Position numbers and translations under genes: made by a program | Assembly: GCA_963835065.1 (NCBI GenBank) | Contig: CAWIEK010000016.1 | Span: 1 to 64,000 of the forward strand | Direction: 5' to 3' | Source of the DNA: an uncultured Chthonomonadaceae bacterium | GTDB taxonomy: Bacteria > Armatimonadota > Chthonomonadetes > Chthonomonadales > Chthonomonadaceae | DNA length: 64,000 bases | Shown here: piece by piece, positions 19,619 to 30,294 of the stretch | Numbering within the stretch: the stretch's first letter is position 1 | How the letters are laid out: each line of letters begins with the position of its first letter | The notes under the pieces: generated by a model | The model's input: the letters and a program-made list of their open reading frames with translations, nothing else | What the model was told of the DNA's origin: nothing | The model's database searches: none

Positions 19619-21040
19619 GTGAAACCCATGCACGATAAACACGCTCTGCAAGCGGAACTTGAGGCGCAGCGCCGGGACAGTTTCAGCCGTCGCCACTTTC
19701 TGCGCGGCGTGGGGGCTTGCCTCGCGCTGCCGGCGTTCGAGTCGCTGCTGCCGGGGAAAGCGCTCGCCGGCGTCACGGAAGCGGGCGCGAAAACGGGCGG
19801 ATTGGCGACAACGCGCGCCGGAGCGCCGCTTCGCTCCGCTTACGTTTATTTCCCGAATGGCGCGATTCAATCGAACTGGTGGCCGGAAGGAACCGGCGTC
19901 AACTTCAAAATGAATGCCACACTCAAGCCATTGGAACCGCTGCGGGAATATGTTCGCGTGTTAGGCGGGTTGGATCACGCTTGCGCTGTGGGAGGCGCGG
20001 ATGGCGGCGGCGACCATGCCCGCGCCAACGCCGTTTTTCTTTCGGGCGTCCGCGCGAAAAAAAGCGCGACGGATATTCACCTGGGCATTTCCATAGATCA
20101 GATCATGGCGCGGCAGGTGGGGCATCTGACCCGGCTGCCTTCGCTGGAACTGACGTGCGACGATACGCGCAAATCCTCGGCCTGCGACTCGGATTACGCC
20201 TGCGCCTACCAATATAACATTTCGTGGAGTTCGCCCACCACGCCGGTCAGCGCCGAAGCGAATCCGCGCCTGGCCTTTGAGCGTTTGTTTGGGACGGGTT
20301 TGCCCGGCGAGCGCGCGGAAAACAGCAAGCGCCGCCAACTGGCGCAGCAGTCCGTGCTGGATTTCGTGCTGGAAGACGCGCGCAGTATGCAGAAGCGGCT
20401 GGCGGCCAATGACAAGGCAAAACTGGATCAATACCTGACCGGGGTGCGGGAAATCGAAGCGCGTATCCAAAAGGCGGAACGCTTCGGAACCGTCCATGAC
20501 CCGGCTGTGGAAACCCCCGAAGGCGTCCCGTCCGATCAGGGGGAGTACGTCGGGCTGATGTTTGATCTGATGGTCATGGCGTTTCAAACCGACTCCACGC
20601 GCGTCGCCTCGTTCTGCCTGGCGCACGACGGGGACAATCGCTCGTTCAGCCACATCGGGATTCCCGAAGGGCATCACGACCTGTCGCACCATCAAAATGA
20701 CCCGGACCGCGTCGAGAAAGTGGCGAAGATAGATCTGTGGTATGTGCAGCAGTTCGCCAAATTCCTGGCGAAATTGCGGGACACCAAAGATGTGGACGGC
20801 AATTCCCTGCTGCACAATTCGATGATCGTGTACGGCAGCGGGGATGCGGATGGCAACCGCCATACGCACAACAACCTGCCGATTGTGCTTGCGGGCGGTG
20901 GCGGCGGCACGCTGTCTCCCTCCGGCTACGTCAATTACAACGCCGCTCCCGCCTGCAACCTGTTCCTGAGCATGGCCGACCGCATGGGCATGAAAAACCT
21001 GGAGCGTTTCGGCGACTCGACGGGCCGGATCAGTCTCTAA
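19619..21040 (+). CDS. DUF1552 family Tat-exported protein
   Basis: SRRHFLRG, YFPNG, SIDQ, PSLEL, HHDLSHH, DGNRHTHNNLP. Confidence 0.9.
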   Translation: MKPMHDKHALQAELEAQRRDSFSRRHFLRGVGACLALPAFESLLPGKALAGVTEAGAKTGGLATTRAGAPLRSAYVYFPNGAIQSNWWPEGTGVNFKMNATLKPLEPLREYVRVLGGLDHACAVGGADGGGDHARANAVFLSGVRAKKSATDIHLGISIDQIMARQVGHLTRLPSLELTCDDTRKSSACDSDYACAYQYNISWSSPTTPVSAEANPRLAFERLFGTGLPGERAENSKRRQLAQQSVLDFVLEDARSMQKRLAANDKAKLDQYLTGVREIEARIQKAERFGTVHDPAVETPEGVPSDQGEYVGLMFDLMVMAFQTDSTRVASFCLAHDGDNRSFSHIGIPEGHHDLSHHQNDPDRVEKVAKIDLWYVQQFAKFLAKLRDTKDVDGNSLLHNSMIVYGSGDADGNRHTHNNLPIVLAGGGGGTLSPSGYVNYNAAPACNLFLSMADRMGMKNLERFGDSTGRISL

Positions 21041-21073
21041 CCGTTTGTAACCTTTGGGAAGGCGACAAAAACA

Positions 21074-21995
21074 ATGCGTAATCAAACTCCTTATTGGCCT
21101 GGCGCTGCTTGTCATACCGTTTGCAATCCCGATGCCGGGAAGGGCGCAGGGAACCGCAGCGGGCGCGGCTCAGAACACTCCGGCGAACGCGCGAACCGTC
21201 GTGCATCTGTGGCCGAATGGCGCTCCCGGTTTCGAGGCGCGGAAGGACATTCCCGAACAAGCGGCGAGTTACTGGGTGAAGAGCGTGAACAACCCCTCCC
21301 TGACCGTGTTTCTGCCTCCGAAGGAGAAGGCGACCGGGGCGGCGGTGATCCTGTGTCCCGGCGGCGGTTTCAAGGAACTCGGGTTTGTCCCGGAAGGCAT
21401 TCAGGCGGCGGAATACTTCAACAGTATCGGCGTGGCGGCATTTGCCCTGAAATATCGCCTGCCCCGCGAGGATGGTTCCGTTTACAACATGACCCATCCG
21501 CGTCAGGACGGACTGCGCGCCATGCGACTGGTGCGCAGCCGGGCGAGCGAATGGGGCATTGACCCGAACCGGATTGGCATGGTGGGCTTTTCGGCAGGCG
21601 GCGAAGTGGTTTCGATGACCGCGTTTGGCGATACTGCCGGGGATACGAGCGCCGCGGACGCGATTGATAAAGTCAGCGCCCGCCCGGATTTCATCGTAGA
21701 AATCTATCCGGGCGGCGCGGGAATCCCGCAAACGCTGTCACCCAACGCGCCGCCCGCGTTCCTGCTCGTGGCGAACGACGACAACCATACCGATTCGGTC
21801 TTGAAGATTTTCCGCCTGTACCGCGAGGCCAAACTCCCTGTCGAAGTCCATGTTTTCACCAAAGGCGCTCACGCTTTCAACATGGGCGGCCGCTCGAAAC
21901 TGGCAACCATCAAAAACTGGCCGCAGCGATTAGCCGAATGGATGGGCGACAACAACCTGCTTGACCCCGCCGTACCCGCCAAAAACGTGAAGTAA
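21074..21995 (+). CDS. Secreted alpha/beta hydrolase (esterase); probable indel near 21080
   Basis: CPGGG, GIDPNRIGMVGFSAGG, HVFTKGAHAF; removing one A gives MRIKLLIGL. Confidence 0.85.
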
Positions 21996-22087
21996 TTTAA
22001 TAGGTTGCGGCAGGCGTGGAAGGAAGTTCGTCGGGATTGCCTCCTGCAAATTGATAACAGAATACATTTGAATAGTGGAGCAGGCAG

Positions 22088-22810
22088 ATGCAGCGATTGT
22101 GGAGCGCATTACGCATAACTTTAGCGTTGTGTTTCATGCCCCTACTGATGGGCGCTGCTATTTGCCTGCTCTTTTTTCCGCCGACGTGGGTACTCTTGTG
22201 GTTAATCACCCGTCCGAAACATCGGGCGGCATGGCTGCGGTTCAAGGTCGCCGTATGGGAAGAGTGGTGGCATATACGCGGGGCATTTTTGCCGCAGAAA
22301 GTATCCGCGCAGACACGAGGCTTGTACGCGGCCATCCAATCGGGAGACGCGGGCACAGTGGAACTGCTGCTGGAACGAGGCGCAGACCCTCATGCCTGTC
22401 TGTTTTATGGAATTCCGCTGCTGATTCAGGCGGCGGATTGCGGACATACGCGGATCGTCAGAACGCTTCTGGAGGCCGGAGCGAAAATTGACGCAAAAGC
22501 ACCTGTACTGCATTACACGGCGTTGATACAAGCGGCGCGAGGTGGGTATGAGGACACAGTTCGCTGCCTGTTGGAACGTGGGGCGGATGCCCGTGCCAGA
22601 GACATCTATGGATATGAAGCCTTGATTGTCGCTACAATCGCTAACAACAGCGGAGTTGCGCGTGTGCTGCTCGAACACTTCAAACAAGAGTCTGTTTTGC
22701 CTTCGGTTTGCCGCCTTGCCTTGATTCTTGCCAGTAAAAATGATTATCGGGAAATTTGCGCTATGCTGCAGGAAGCCGGGGCCATTCCGCTTCCCCACAA
22801 ATTGAATTGA
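22088..22810 (+). CDS. Ankyrin-repeat protein with an N-terminal membrane anchor
   Basis: LLERGADP, TALIQAARGG, LLEAGAKIDAK repeats. Confidence 0.85.
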   Translation: MQRLWSALRITLALCFMPLLMGAAICLLFFPPTWVLLWLITRPKHRAAWLRFKVAVWEEWWHIRGAFLPQKVSAQTRGLYAAIQSGDAGTVELLLERGADPHACLFYGIPLLIQAADCGHTRIVRTLLEAGAKIDAKAPVLHYTALIQAARGGYEDTVRCLLERGADARARDIYGYEALIVATIANNSGVARVLLEHFKQESVLPSVCRLALILASKNDYREICAMLQEAGAIPLPHKLN

Positions 22811-22875
22811 TACATCAACCTCCTGAACCCCAATAAATTCGTTAGATGCGAGTGCAGCCATACGCAGGCAAACAT

Positions 22876-22968
22876 TGTCTTGAACCATGATTTATGTAAT
22901 TTTGATGATTGCCATGAGGAACGCGCCTCCTCAATCATGCTAATCACATAAATCATGGTTCAAAACAA
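22876..22968. repeat. MITE-like palindrome, copy 1 (related to 57703-57864)
   Basis: tgaaccatgatttatgt...acataaatcatggttca. Confidence 0.8.
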
Positions 22969-22975
22969 AAGTTCC

Positions 22976-25900
22976 TTAGTTGAAGAACAGGCCGCTGAGA
23001 ACCGCGTTGGGGCCTTGTCCGGCAACCGTATTGGTCAGGCGGAACTTGACGTGTCCCTTGATGTTCCACACCATGTACACGCCGTTCTGCATATTGCTCA
23101 TGCTTTGCGTGCTGAGAACCGCGTTCGTGGTGGCGTCCAGAACGTCAACAGATTGGGCGCGATTCCAGTGGTTGTAGGCATCGTAGTCCGTCGCATATAA
23201 GGTCACTTGATGCGCGTTGCCGTCCGTCAGGTTCACGTCTACGATGAAGTTTGTGCCGGAGTACCAGCAGGCGCAAAAACGGTCTGTGGCAGAATCCGGT
23301 TTTTGCAGGGCGGGCAGGTTGGACGTGGAGGAGTCCCATGTCCAGGTGGCGTTGCCACTCGCGCTGACAGTCGCGTAGCCGGGATAGGAAGCGGCGTAAT
23401 TGATGATGTTGTAACCGTCCGCGCCATACTTGCCTTTCCAGGTTCCCTGCGAAGTCGTGTCGCTTTTCAGGAACGTGGCGGAAGCGGCGGACGAACCGCC
23501 GGTGTTTTGCGCGTCAAAGAACAGGCCGGTGAGAACCGCGTTGGGTCCTTGTCCGGCAACCGTATTGGTCAGGCGGAACCTGACGTGTCCCTTGATGTTC
23601 CAGACCATGTACACGCCATTTTGCATAGTTGCTCATACTTTGCGTGCTGAGAACCGCGTTCGTGGTGGCATCCAGTACGTCAATGGTTTGGGTGCGATTC
23701 CAGTGGTTGTAGGCGTCGTAGTCGGTGCAATACAGCGCTATTTGATGCGTGTTGCCGTCCGTCAGGTTCATGTCTACGATGAAGTTTGTGCCGGAGTACC
23801 AGCAGGCGCAGAAACGATCCGTCGCCGCGCCGGGTTTTTGCAGGGCGGGCAGGTTGGATGTGGAGGAGTCCCACGTCCAGGTGGCGTTGCCACTCGCGCT
23901 GACACTGGCGTAGCCGGGATAGGAAGCGGCGTAATTGATGATGTTGTAGCCGTCCGCGCCGTACTTGCCCTTCCAGGTTCCCTGCGTTGTGGTATCGCTG
24001 CCCACGAATGACGCGGCATTGGGCGACGCAGCGGGCGGGGCTTGCGCGGCGGGCACGGTGACGAACGTGATGCTTTGCGCGGGCAGGTTCAGCGTCAGGG
24101 ATGGGGTGGCGTTTGCCGGCTGGTTCACGGTAACATCCGCCAGGCTGTTGATCGCGTTGGCGGAAGTGAGCTGCCAGGCTTTCGCCGTCGCGCCGGGCGT
24201 GAAGTTGGCGAGGCTGACGGTTGTTTGCGCGGTTCCGGTCAGGGCTTTGTTGATGAGCATGACAGTCAGAGCGCCGTCGCTGCTGCGCACGGACGCGAAA
24301 CTGCTCAGGTTATCCGGGTTGGGAACCACGTCGGATACGCTCACGTCGCCGAAGCCGTTGTTGTTGCCGTCCGGGTTGCGGTACATTTTAATCGCTTTGT
24401 AGGTCGGCGTTGTCGGGTCGGGGGTTCCCCACCGGGCGGCCATGTCCAAGCCTTCACGCCCGAAGATTCCCAGGATGTCGGCCTGCGTGGTCGCGCCGTT
24501 GATGTGTCCGTCCGCGCCCCAGTTGTACTCCGTTACGGCTGTCTTCAAGCCGGGGTAATACGTACTCACCCACCCCTTCATGCGCGGAATGAGCTGCACC
24601 TGCGTATTAATCCAGCTTGCGTCCACATAATTCGGGTCCCACAGGCTGCGTGTGCTGCGGTTGCGAAGAAGCTGCGTATTGGTGGAGGTATCGCTGCCGA
24701 ACTCGCCACTCTGCGGGTAGTAGTGCAGGCTGAACACGTCCAGAGACTTGGTTTTGTTGGTTGTATCGTAGCTTTTCAGCGAACTGAGCAGCCAGGGCAT
24801 CATGTCCATGTTGCCGTGCGAACTGCGGTCCGGCAGATTACTCCAGCCGTGCGCCGCGCCGTACTGCGTATCGTAGCCGCTGTACAGATAGCCGCTCCAG
24901 CCCCATTCTTCCGGCCCGACAACGAGTGCGTTAGGATCGGCGGCCTTGATTTTCGCCGCGTAATCTACCGTTTTACTGAATATTTCGTTCATGGTCGCGC
25001 CGACGGGATGAATGTCGCGGTGCGTGGAGTGCCAGATACCCGGCTCGTTATCCAGCAGGTAATAGGTCACGCCGCCCTTGCCGGCCATGCCGAACAAGCC
25101 CATGATGTGCTTGATCCAATTCTGCTGAAACGTGGAATCCGCTGCGACGTTGGCGTCGTTGGGATCGTTGCCCGTGACGTTCTGGCCGTTGGTCAAGACG
25201 CCGTTGCCCGCGTCGGGCATATAGCCGTCCGTAGACTGCTGCGCGCCGTATTTGCCGACCGAATAACTCGACAGTTTGCTGCGGTTCGCGCCCAACTTGG
25301 CGACCCAGCCGATTGTCGGGATCGTCACCATCGCCTGCGCTTTGCCCGTCAGCGTAGCGTAAATAAAGTTGTCTACCATGTCGCCCGCGTTGGCGCTTGA
25401 TTCGGGGATGCTTTCAAAGTACCAGTCGCTGGCGTGGTTGGAAGCGTTTTGCAGCCAGTTGTAGGTGGTTGCGGTATTGCCGCCGTAGCGGTTCAGGCCG
25501 ATGTTGAGATCGGTCAATTCCTGCGTGGACGCGCCCTGCGTGCCGTAAATGAGCGGGTTGATTGCATGGCGATTGACCGCCGCGTCCACGACAATCGTTG
25601 AGGACGTGGTTTGATTGACGGAGGCAAGCGTGATGTCGTCAATGTAAAACGGGGGCTGCGCGGTTCCGCCCGTTTCGGCGATCCAGAAGCCCGTCATGGC
25701 CGATGTTTTGCTCAGGCCGATGGCGGACAGGGGAACGGTCACTTGCCGCCACGTATTGGCCGCGACTCCGCCGCCCGAAATGTAGGGCGCGAGAGGCACA
25801 TTCGGCCCCGCCGTGCCGTTGACGATGCCGGCAATGCCCAGATTGCGCCCGCTTGTCGCGCCGCCATTGATCCAGAAGGTAATGCCGGCGTAATTGGTGG

Positions 25901-26156
25901 TGTCGGTGTTGTTGCAATGCAGGTACAACGCCTGCCAGCTGGCGGTATACGTGACTTTCACGCTTGCCGCGCCCGTATGCACATAGTCATGCGAATTGAA
26001 GTCCGTCGCGCACCATGACCAGTTCTGCCAGTTGGACGTGAGCGCGTCCGCGTATACGGATTGATCGCCCTGCGCAAACGCGCGGGTCGGGGTTCCAAAG
26101 GTAAGCAGGCCAATGCCTGCCAGCATAGCTGCCGCGAGGGACACTTTGTGTCGCAT
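22976..26156 (-). CDS. Secreted GH44 endoglucanase/xyloglucanase with an N-terminal CBM-like domain and two C-terminal tandem domains (frameshift near 23628)
   Basis: INPLIYG, RYGGN..TTYNW, LDNEPGIWHSTHRDIHP, LHYYPQ, TEYNWG, ADILGIFGREG. Confidence 0.9.
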
Positions 26157-26815
26157 TTCCATCTCCAGTTCGCGGAGCTGATTCAGCCGGGAAGGGCAAC
26201 AAACGTTGTAGCCAATCGTTCCCGCAAAAAGGCGCGAAGCCGTCAACAAACCGAATTCGCGCGGATGCCGCAGCCCCTCTCCCGCAATGTCCGCGCCGCA
26301 GAAATCGGCGGCTTGAACAGCAGGCAGGAGTATGGCGCAAAGCGCATCCGCAGGAAGCCGGTTACAAATAATGTTGGATACAGTGGAAGGTTGGAAATAA
26401 CAGGGCAGCGGCAGGGCTGACCCGGCATTTTCGGTGTGCGCGGCGCTGTTCGGCGGCAGCAAAACAGTCAGCGTCGGCGGTTAGATTGCAGCAGTGCCGG
26501 GAAGCGAGGGGAGAATTGGCTAACGGGTAATTCGCGTACATAAGTGCAATCCGAACGCGCAAAAGTGGAGGCGCGTCAGAGCCTTGAAGTAAAGGTTCTG
26601 TGTTCGGCAGTGCAGAGTCCAACAATGCGAGTGTGCCGCAATCGAGAATTATGAAACACGCGGCGGAGCGTGTTCAAAGGCGAAAGCAAGAAGCCACACA
26701 AGGCGTGTTTATTTCAAGAGCAGTGGACAGGCGACAGTGGCAAGTATGTTAGCAAAGCGCATCGCAGCGCGACATGGGCGACAAATACAGTCATATCACT
26801 CCGGTCTAATCTATC

Positions 26816-28711
26816 TTACACTATGGATAAGCAAAAGTCAAGAAACGTCACCGGTAGCCAGCCGCGAACGCTGTTTACCAGCCAGAGGCGGGAGGCGCGG
26901 CTCAGGTCGGCGGGCGTCAGGAGGCGTTCTCGAATGGTTTGTTGCGCCAGCAGTTCGGCGCGGAACGTGCCGGCAAGCAGGCCACATTCGACAGGCGGCG
27001 TCCACAACCCCCTTTCCAGTTCCAAAACAACATTGCCGGTTGTAAATTCCGTGAGATAACCGCGTTCGTTCCACAGCAGTGTGTCGTATGCTTCCGCCAA
27101 GCGCGGGTTGATTTCGCGCCGGTGCGTTTCATAGACCTCCCGATGCGTCGTTTTGTGGTACAGAAAGCGGTTTGCGGAGTGGATGGGGCTGCGCGCCAGA
27201 GTGACAAGGCGCGGGATTTCGCTGTCAAAACGAAATGCGTCTGCATTGGGGATGAACGCCCCCGTATTAAGTGTAAACGGTTCTGCGCAGTGGTCGGCAA
27301 GCGGGAACACTTCAGTTCGGGTGCTGCCGTTGGCCGCGAGAAGCAGCCGGACGCGCCAGGTTCCCGTCGGATAGTGACGCGCAATTTGGGCAAGTTCCTC
27401 CGTAATACGCGCCGTTGAATTCGCATAGCCGAAGTACGATGCCGATTCTTCCATGCGCAGCAGATGCCGCTCCAACAGCCTGAATTGCCCGTTTTCCAGC
27501 CGCAGGGTTTCCAGCAAATCGAATGGGGGCGTGTTTTCGGTCAGCACAGCGGCTTTCGCCAGCAGTTCGGCGTACTCGTCCTGCGGCGTTGAGTCCCATG
27601 TAATGCCGCCGCCAACGCCGTATTCCGCCTGCTGTATTTGCGTATCCAGCAGCAGGGTGCGGATAGCGACGCTGAACGTGGCGGTTCCATTTGGCGTCAC
27701 CAGCCCAATCGCGCCGCAATAAACGTGGCGGGGCGCGGCTTCCAATCGGGCAATGTGGCGCATGGTTTCGATTTTGGGAGCGCCTGTTACGGAGCCACAG
27801 GGGAATAAAGCGCGAAATATATCGGTAAGCGTGGTATCGGGAGGAATCTCGGCTTCAATGGTAGAGGTCATCTGCCACACGGTCGGATAGCGTTCCAGCG
27901 CGAACAGTTCCGAGACACGAACAGTTCCCGGCAGCGCCAATTTACCAAGATCGCTGCGCAGCAAGTCCACGATCATGATGTTTTCCGCCCGGTTTTTGGC
28001 GGAAGTTTGCAAGGCTTGCGCCCGTTCGCGGTCTTCTGCCTGCCAGCGTCCGCGCGCGGTTGTGCCCTTCATCGGGCGCGTGATAATATGCCTGTTCTCC
28101 CGATGGAAAAACAATTCGGGAGACGCGGAAAGGATGCGGTAGCGGCCCAAATCCAAATACGCGCCATACCCCGGCTGCTGCGCCCGGAGCAATTGTTCGT
28201 ACAGCGCATAATCGTCGCCCGCCAGTCCCGCGCGCAGCCGCAGCGTGTAGTTCACTTGATACGTTTCGCCCGCGCCAATCGCTTCTCGGATCGCCTGTAT
28301 ATTTTGGTCGTAATGTTCGCGCGTTATGTTCGGCAGCCACTCCGAGACCGCAAATGCCTGCTCGCCCGCCGATGCAGGCTGTACTTCCTCGCGCCCTTCC
28401 GCGTTGGCCTGCGGCTGCGTGAATATCCCGAACCAGAGCAGAGGGAAATCGGCAGCCACAGCGGGCGCATGAACGCGCATGGCATTGTCGAACGCGGGCG
28501 CGGCCTCGTAAGCCACATAGCCCGCTGCATAAAAACCCTGCCGGGTCGCCTTCTCAACCTCCTGCAAGGCAGGCAGCACATCCTCAAGCCGATAAGCGGC
28601 TACAATCTTTTCAGGAGCAGTGAAAACAAGCGATTGCGGGCGGCTTTCCCTGTCGTCAGGATGGAACCGAAAATCAAACCGGAGGCGGGGGCAGGAACCT
28701 ATGTCGCGCAT
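26816..28711 (-). CDS. pabB: Aminodeoxychorismate synthase component I fused to ADC lyase (aminotransferase IV)
   Basis: YQVNYT, SPELFF, PMKGT, AENIMIVDLLR, FPCGSVTGAPK; C-terminal LETLR, HKTT, LLAGTFR. Confidence 0.92.
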   Translation of the reverse strand: MRDIGSCPRLRFDFRFHPDDRESRPQSLVFTAPEKIVAAYRLEDVLPALQEVEKATRQGFYAAGYVAYEAAPAFDNAMRVHAPAVAADFPLLWFGIFTQPQANAEGREEVQPASAGEQAFAVSEWLPNITREHYDQNIQAIREAIGAGETYQVNYTLRLRAGLAGDDYALYEQLLRAQQPGYGAYLDLGRYRILSASPELFFHRENRHIITRPMKGTTARGRWQAEDRERAQALQTSAKNRAENIMIVDLLRSDLGKLALPGTVRVSELFALERYPTVWQMTSTIEAEIPPDTTLTDIFRALFPCGSVTGAPKIETMRHIARLEAAPRHVYCGAIGLVTPNGTATFSVAIRTLLLDTQIQQAEYGVGGGITWDSTPQDEYAELLAKAAVLTENTPPFDLLETLRLENGQFRLLERHLLRMEESASYFGYANSTARITEELAQIARHYPTGTWRVRLLLAANGSTRTEVFPLADHCAEPFTLNTGAFIPNADAFRFDSEIPRLVTLARSPIHSANRFLYHKTTHREVYETHRREINPRLAEAYDTLLWNERGYLTEFTTGNVVLELERGLWTPPVECGLLAGTFRAELLAQQTIRERLLTPADLSRASRLWLVNSVRGWLPVTFLDFCLSIV

Positions 28712-28836
28712 AATGTATCAGAAACTCACTGTCGGACAAATTGATAGCCTGCGAGGTTCCGGGCATTGAAAATACCCGGCAGGAAAATACAAGCGTCTTG
28801 CGGACGCGAACCTTTGTACAACACCGCAAAAGTTTG

Positions 28837-28865
28837 TGTAACCCAAGCGTTTTCTCGCCGTCTAA
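28837..28865 (+). promoter_or_regulatory. ECF sigma-type promoter TGTAAC-N16-CGTCTAA
   Basis: Fits the AAC / CGT consensus of ECF promoters. Confidence 0.55.
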
Positions 28866-28869
28866 CCCC

Positions 28870-29001
28870 ACAGCAGCTCGATTAGGGGAAACCCTCTCCT
28901 CTTCATGTATTGGAACGCTGTGCCTGCGTTCCGATGCCACCATGCAGAGATGCCGATGGAAGCCAACCGCGTGCCAAACGCGCTTCCATCGGCGTTTTTT
29001 T
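28870..29001 (+). ncRNA. Candidate ~130-nt small RNA
   Basis: Lies between the ECF promoter and a strong intrinsic terminator; no + strand gene to serve. Confidence 0.5.
28952..29001 (+). terminator. Intrinsic terminator
   Basis: gccgatggaagc / gcttccatcggc 12-bp stem followed by T7. Confidence 0.8.
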
Positions 29002-29117
29002 GTGTAGGGAAGATAAGAGATATAGAGATAGAGTTAAAAGCTATTAGCGTATCGCTTACTCAACTCTCTTGAACTTCTCCCTCTACTCATATCTCATATC
29101 TCTTATCTCTTATCTTC

Positions 29118-29411
29118 CTAAAAGCACTTCCACGCCGATACCGCTTGTCCGCGCCGCAGCCGACGCGCAATCAGGCCGGCGTCGAGTATCGCGGCAACCC
29201 ACAAAATGGCTTCGCCCGGACCGGCGAGAAGCGCGGTGACGTGATTGGGCTGGAACGTGATCGCGTACAATCCCGCAAAAAACAGAACGATCAGCAGAAT
29301 CCCTTTGATGGTTTGCCCGTTGTACAACTGCCCCGCGCCCGGCAGAAACAAGGACATGCTAATCGCCGTGCTGATAACGTGATGCTCATGCGCAATGTGA
29401 ACGTTTGCCAT
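29118..29411 (-). CDS. Small membrane protein (TM2/DUF5683-like)
   Basis: SLFLPGAGQLYNGQTIKG; SD AGGAG. Confidence 0.8.
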   Translation of the reverse strand: MANVHIAHEHHVISTAISMSLFLPGAGQLYNGQTIKGILLIVLFFAGLYAITFQPNHVTALLAGPGEAILWVAAILDAGLIARRLRRGQAVSAWKCF

Positions 29412-29529
29412 AAAACTCCTGTCTGGTCGTCTCCCCTAGCGCCCTGATGCGCTCCCCTTCCAGCCATTACCAACCAACACCCGAACACCGAACACCGAAT
29501 ACCGAACACCCTACCCTCAACCCTCAACC

Positions 29530-30294
29530 TCACTGCCCCTTCTGCATAGCGCGGCGGAGCGCCTGCGCCAGCGGGCTGTTGGGATCAATAGCGGCTTCCG
29601 CTTCCGTTTCTTCAGCGTCTGCTTCCGTTTCTACAGTTCTTACGCTGTCTTTTTGGGAAGTGTCCGCATACTGCCGCCATTCTTCGCGTTCCGGGTCTTC
29701 CACGTAGCCTTCGCGGGATTCCGGTTCGCGCCAGTTTTCGGGCAGTGTCAGTTCCAGTTCCAATGCAGCGGCTTCAATGGCGGCAGTCGGAACCCAGATT
29801 ACGCCCAATTCTTCATACTCATCATTTGGTTCCAGAACGGGCAGATCGTCCAGAACCGGCACGGGTTCATCCGACACGTACACCATGCGCTTCAAAATAT
29901 ACTGGTACTTTCCCGACTCGAACAATATCTCCTGCGCGATATTTAACTGCTTCAAGCCCACGCCCCGCATCATGTTTTCGGGAAACGTGAATTTAATCTC
30001 GAACAGGCACAGGGATTCTGCGTCAATCTGCCACACGCCATCCAGTTCGCGGTACAAGCGCCCCGCCCGTCCGGTCCGCATCCGCTGTTCCCACGTCAGA
30101 ATATGCTCGTCCAGCAGGGTCACATAGCCGCGCAGCCAATGCTGTACACACTTTTCGACCAAGCCGCCCATCATCTCCCCGGCGTGGCGCGGCCCGCCCC
30201 GCGACGGGCGCTTGTCCGCCATGCGCCGCCGCCAGGCGACATATTCGGCATCATCGGTACGCACGAGTTGGATGGCGTGGTAGTTAGTAGGCAT
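29530..30294 (-). CDS. Hypothetical protein with a PD-(D/E)xK-like motif and an acidic tail
   Basis: GGLVE...RELDGVW...LCLFEIK. Confidence 0.65.
   Translation of the reverse strand: MPTNYHAIQLVRTDDAEYVAWRRRMADKRPSRGGPRHAGEMMGGLVEKCVQHWLRGYVTLLDEHILTWEQRMRTGRAGRLYRELDGVWQIDAESLCLFEIKFTFPENMMRGVGLKQLNIAQEILFESGKYQYILKRMVYVSDEPVPVLDDLPVLEPNDEYEELGVIWVPTAAIEAAALELELTLPENWREPESREGYVEDPEREEWRQYADTSQKDSVRTVETEADAEETEAEAAIDPNSPLAQALRRAMQKGQ

Noticed and set aside
22980..24020. GH44 tandem duplication (and 31560/32386 tract) as a diversity-generating retroelement TR/VR pair
   Set aside because: No reverse transcriptase in the window, and the differences are not adenine-specific by inspection
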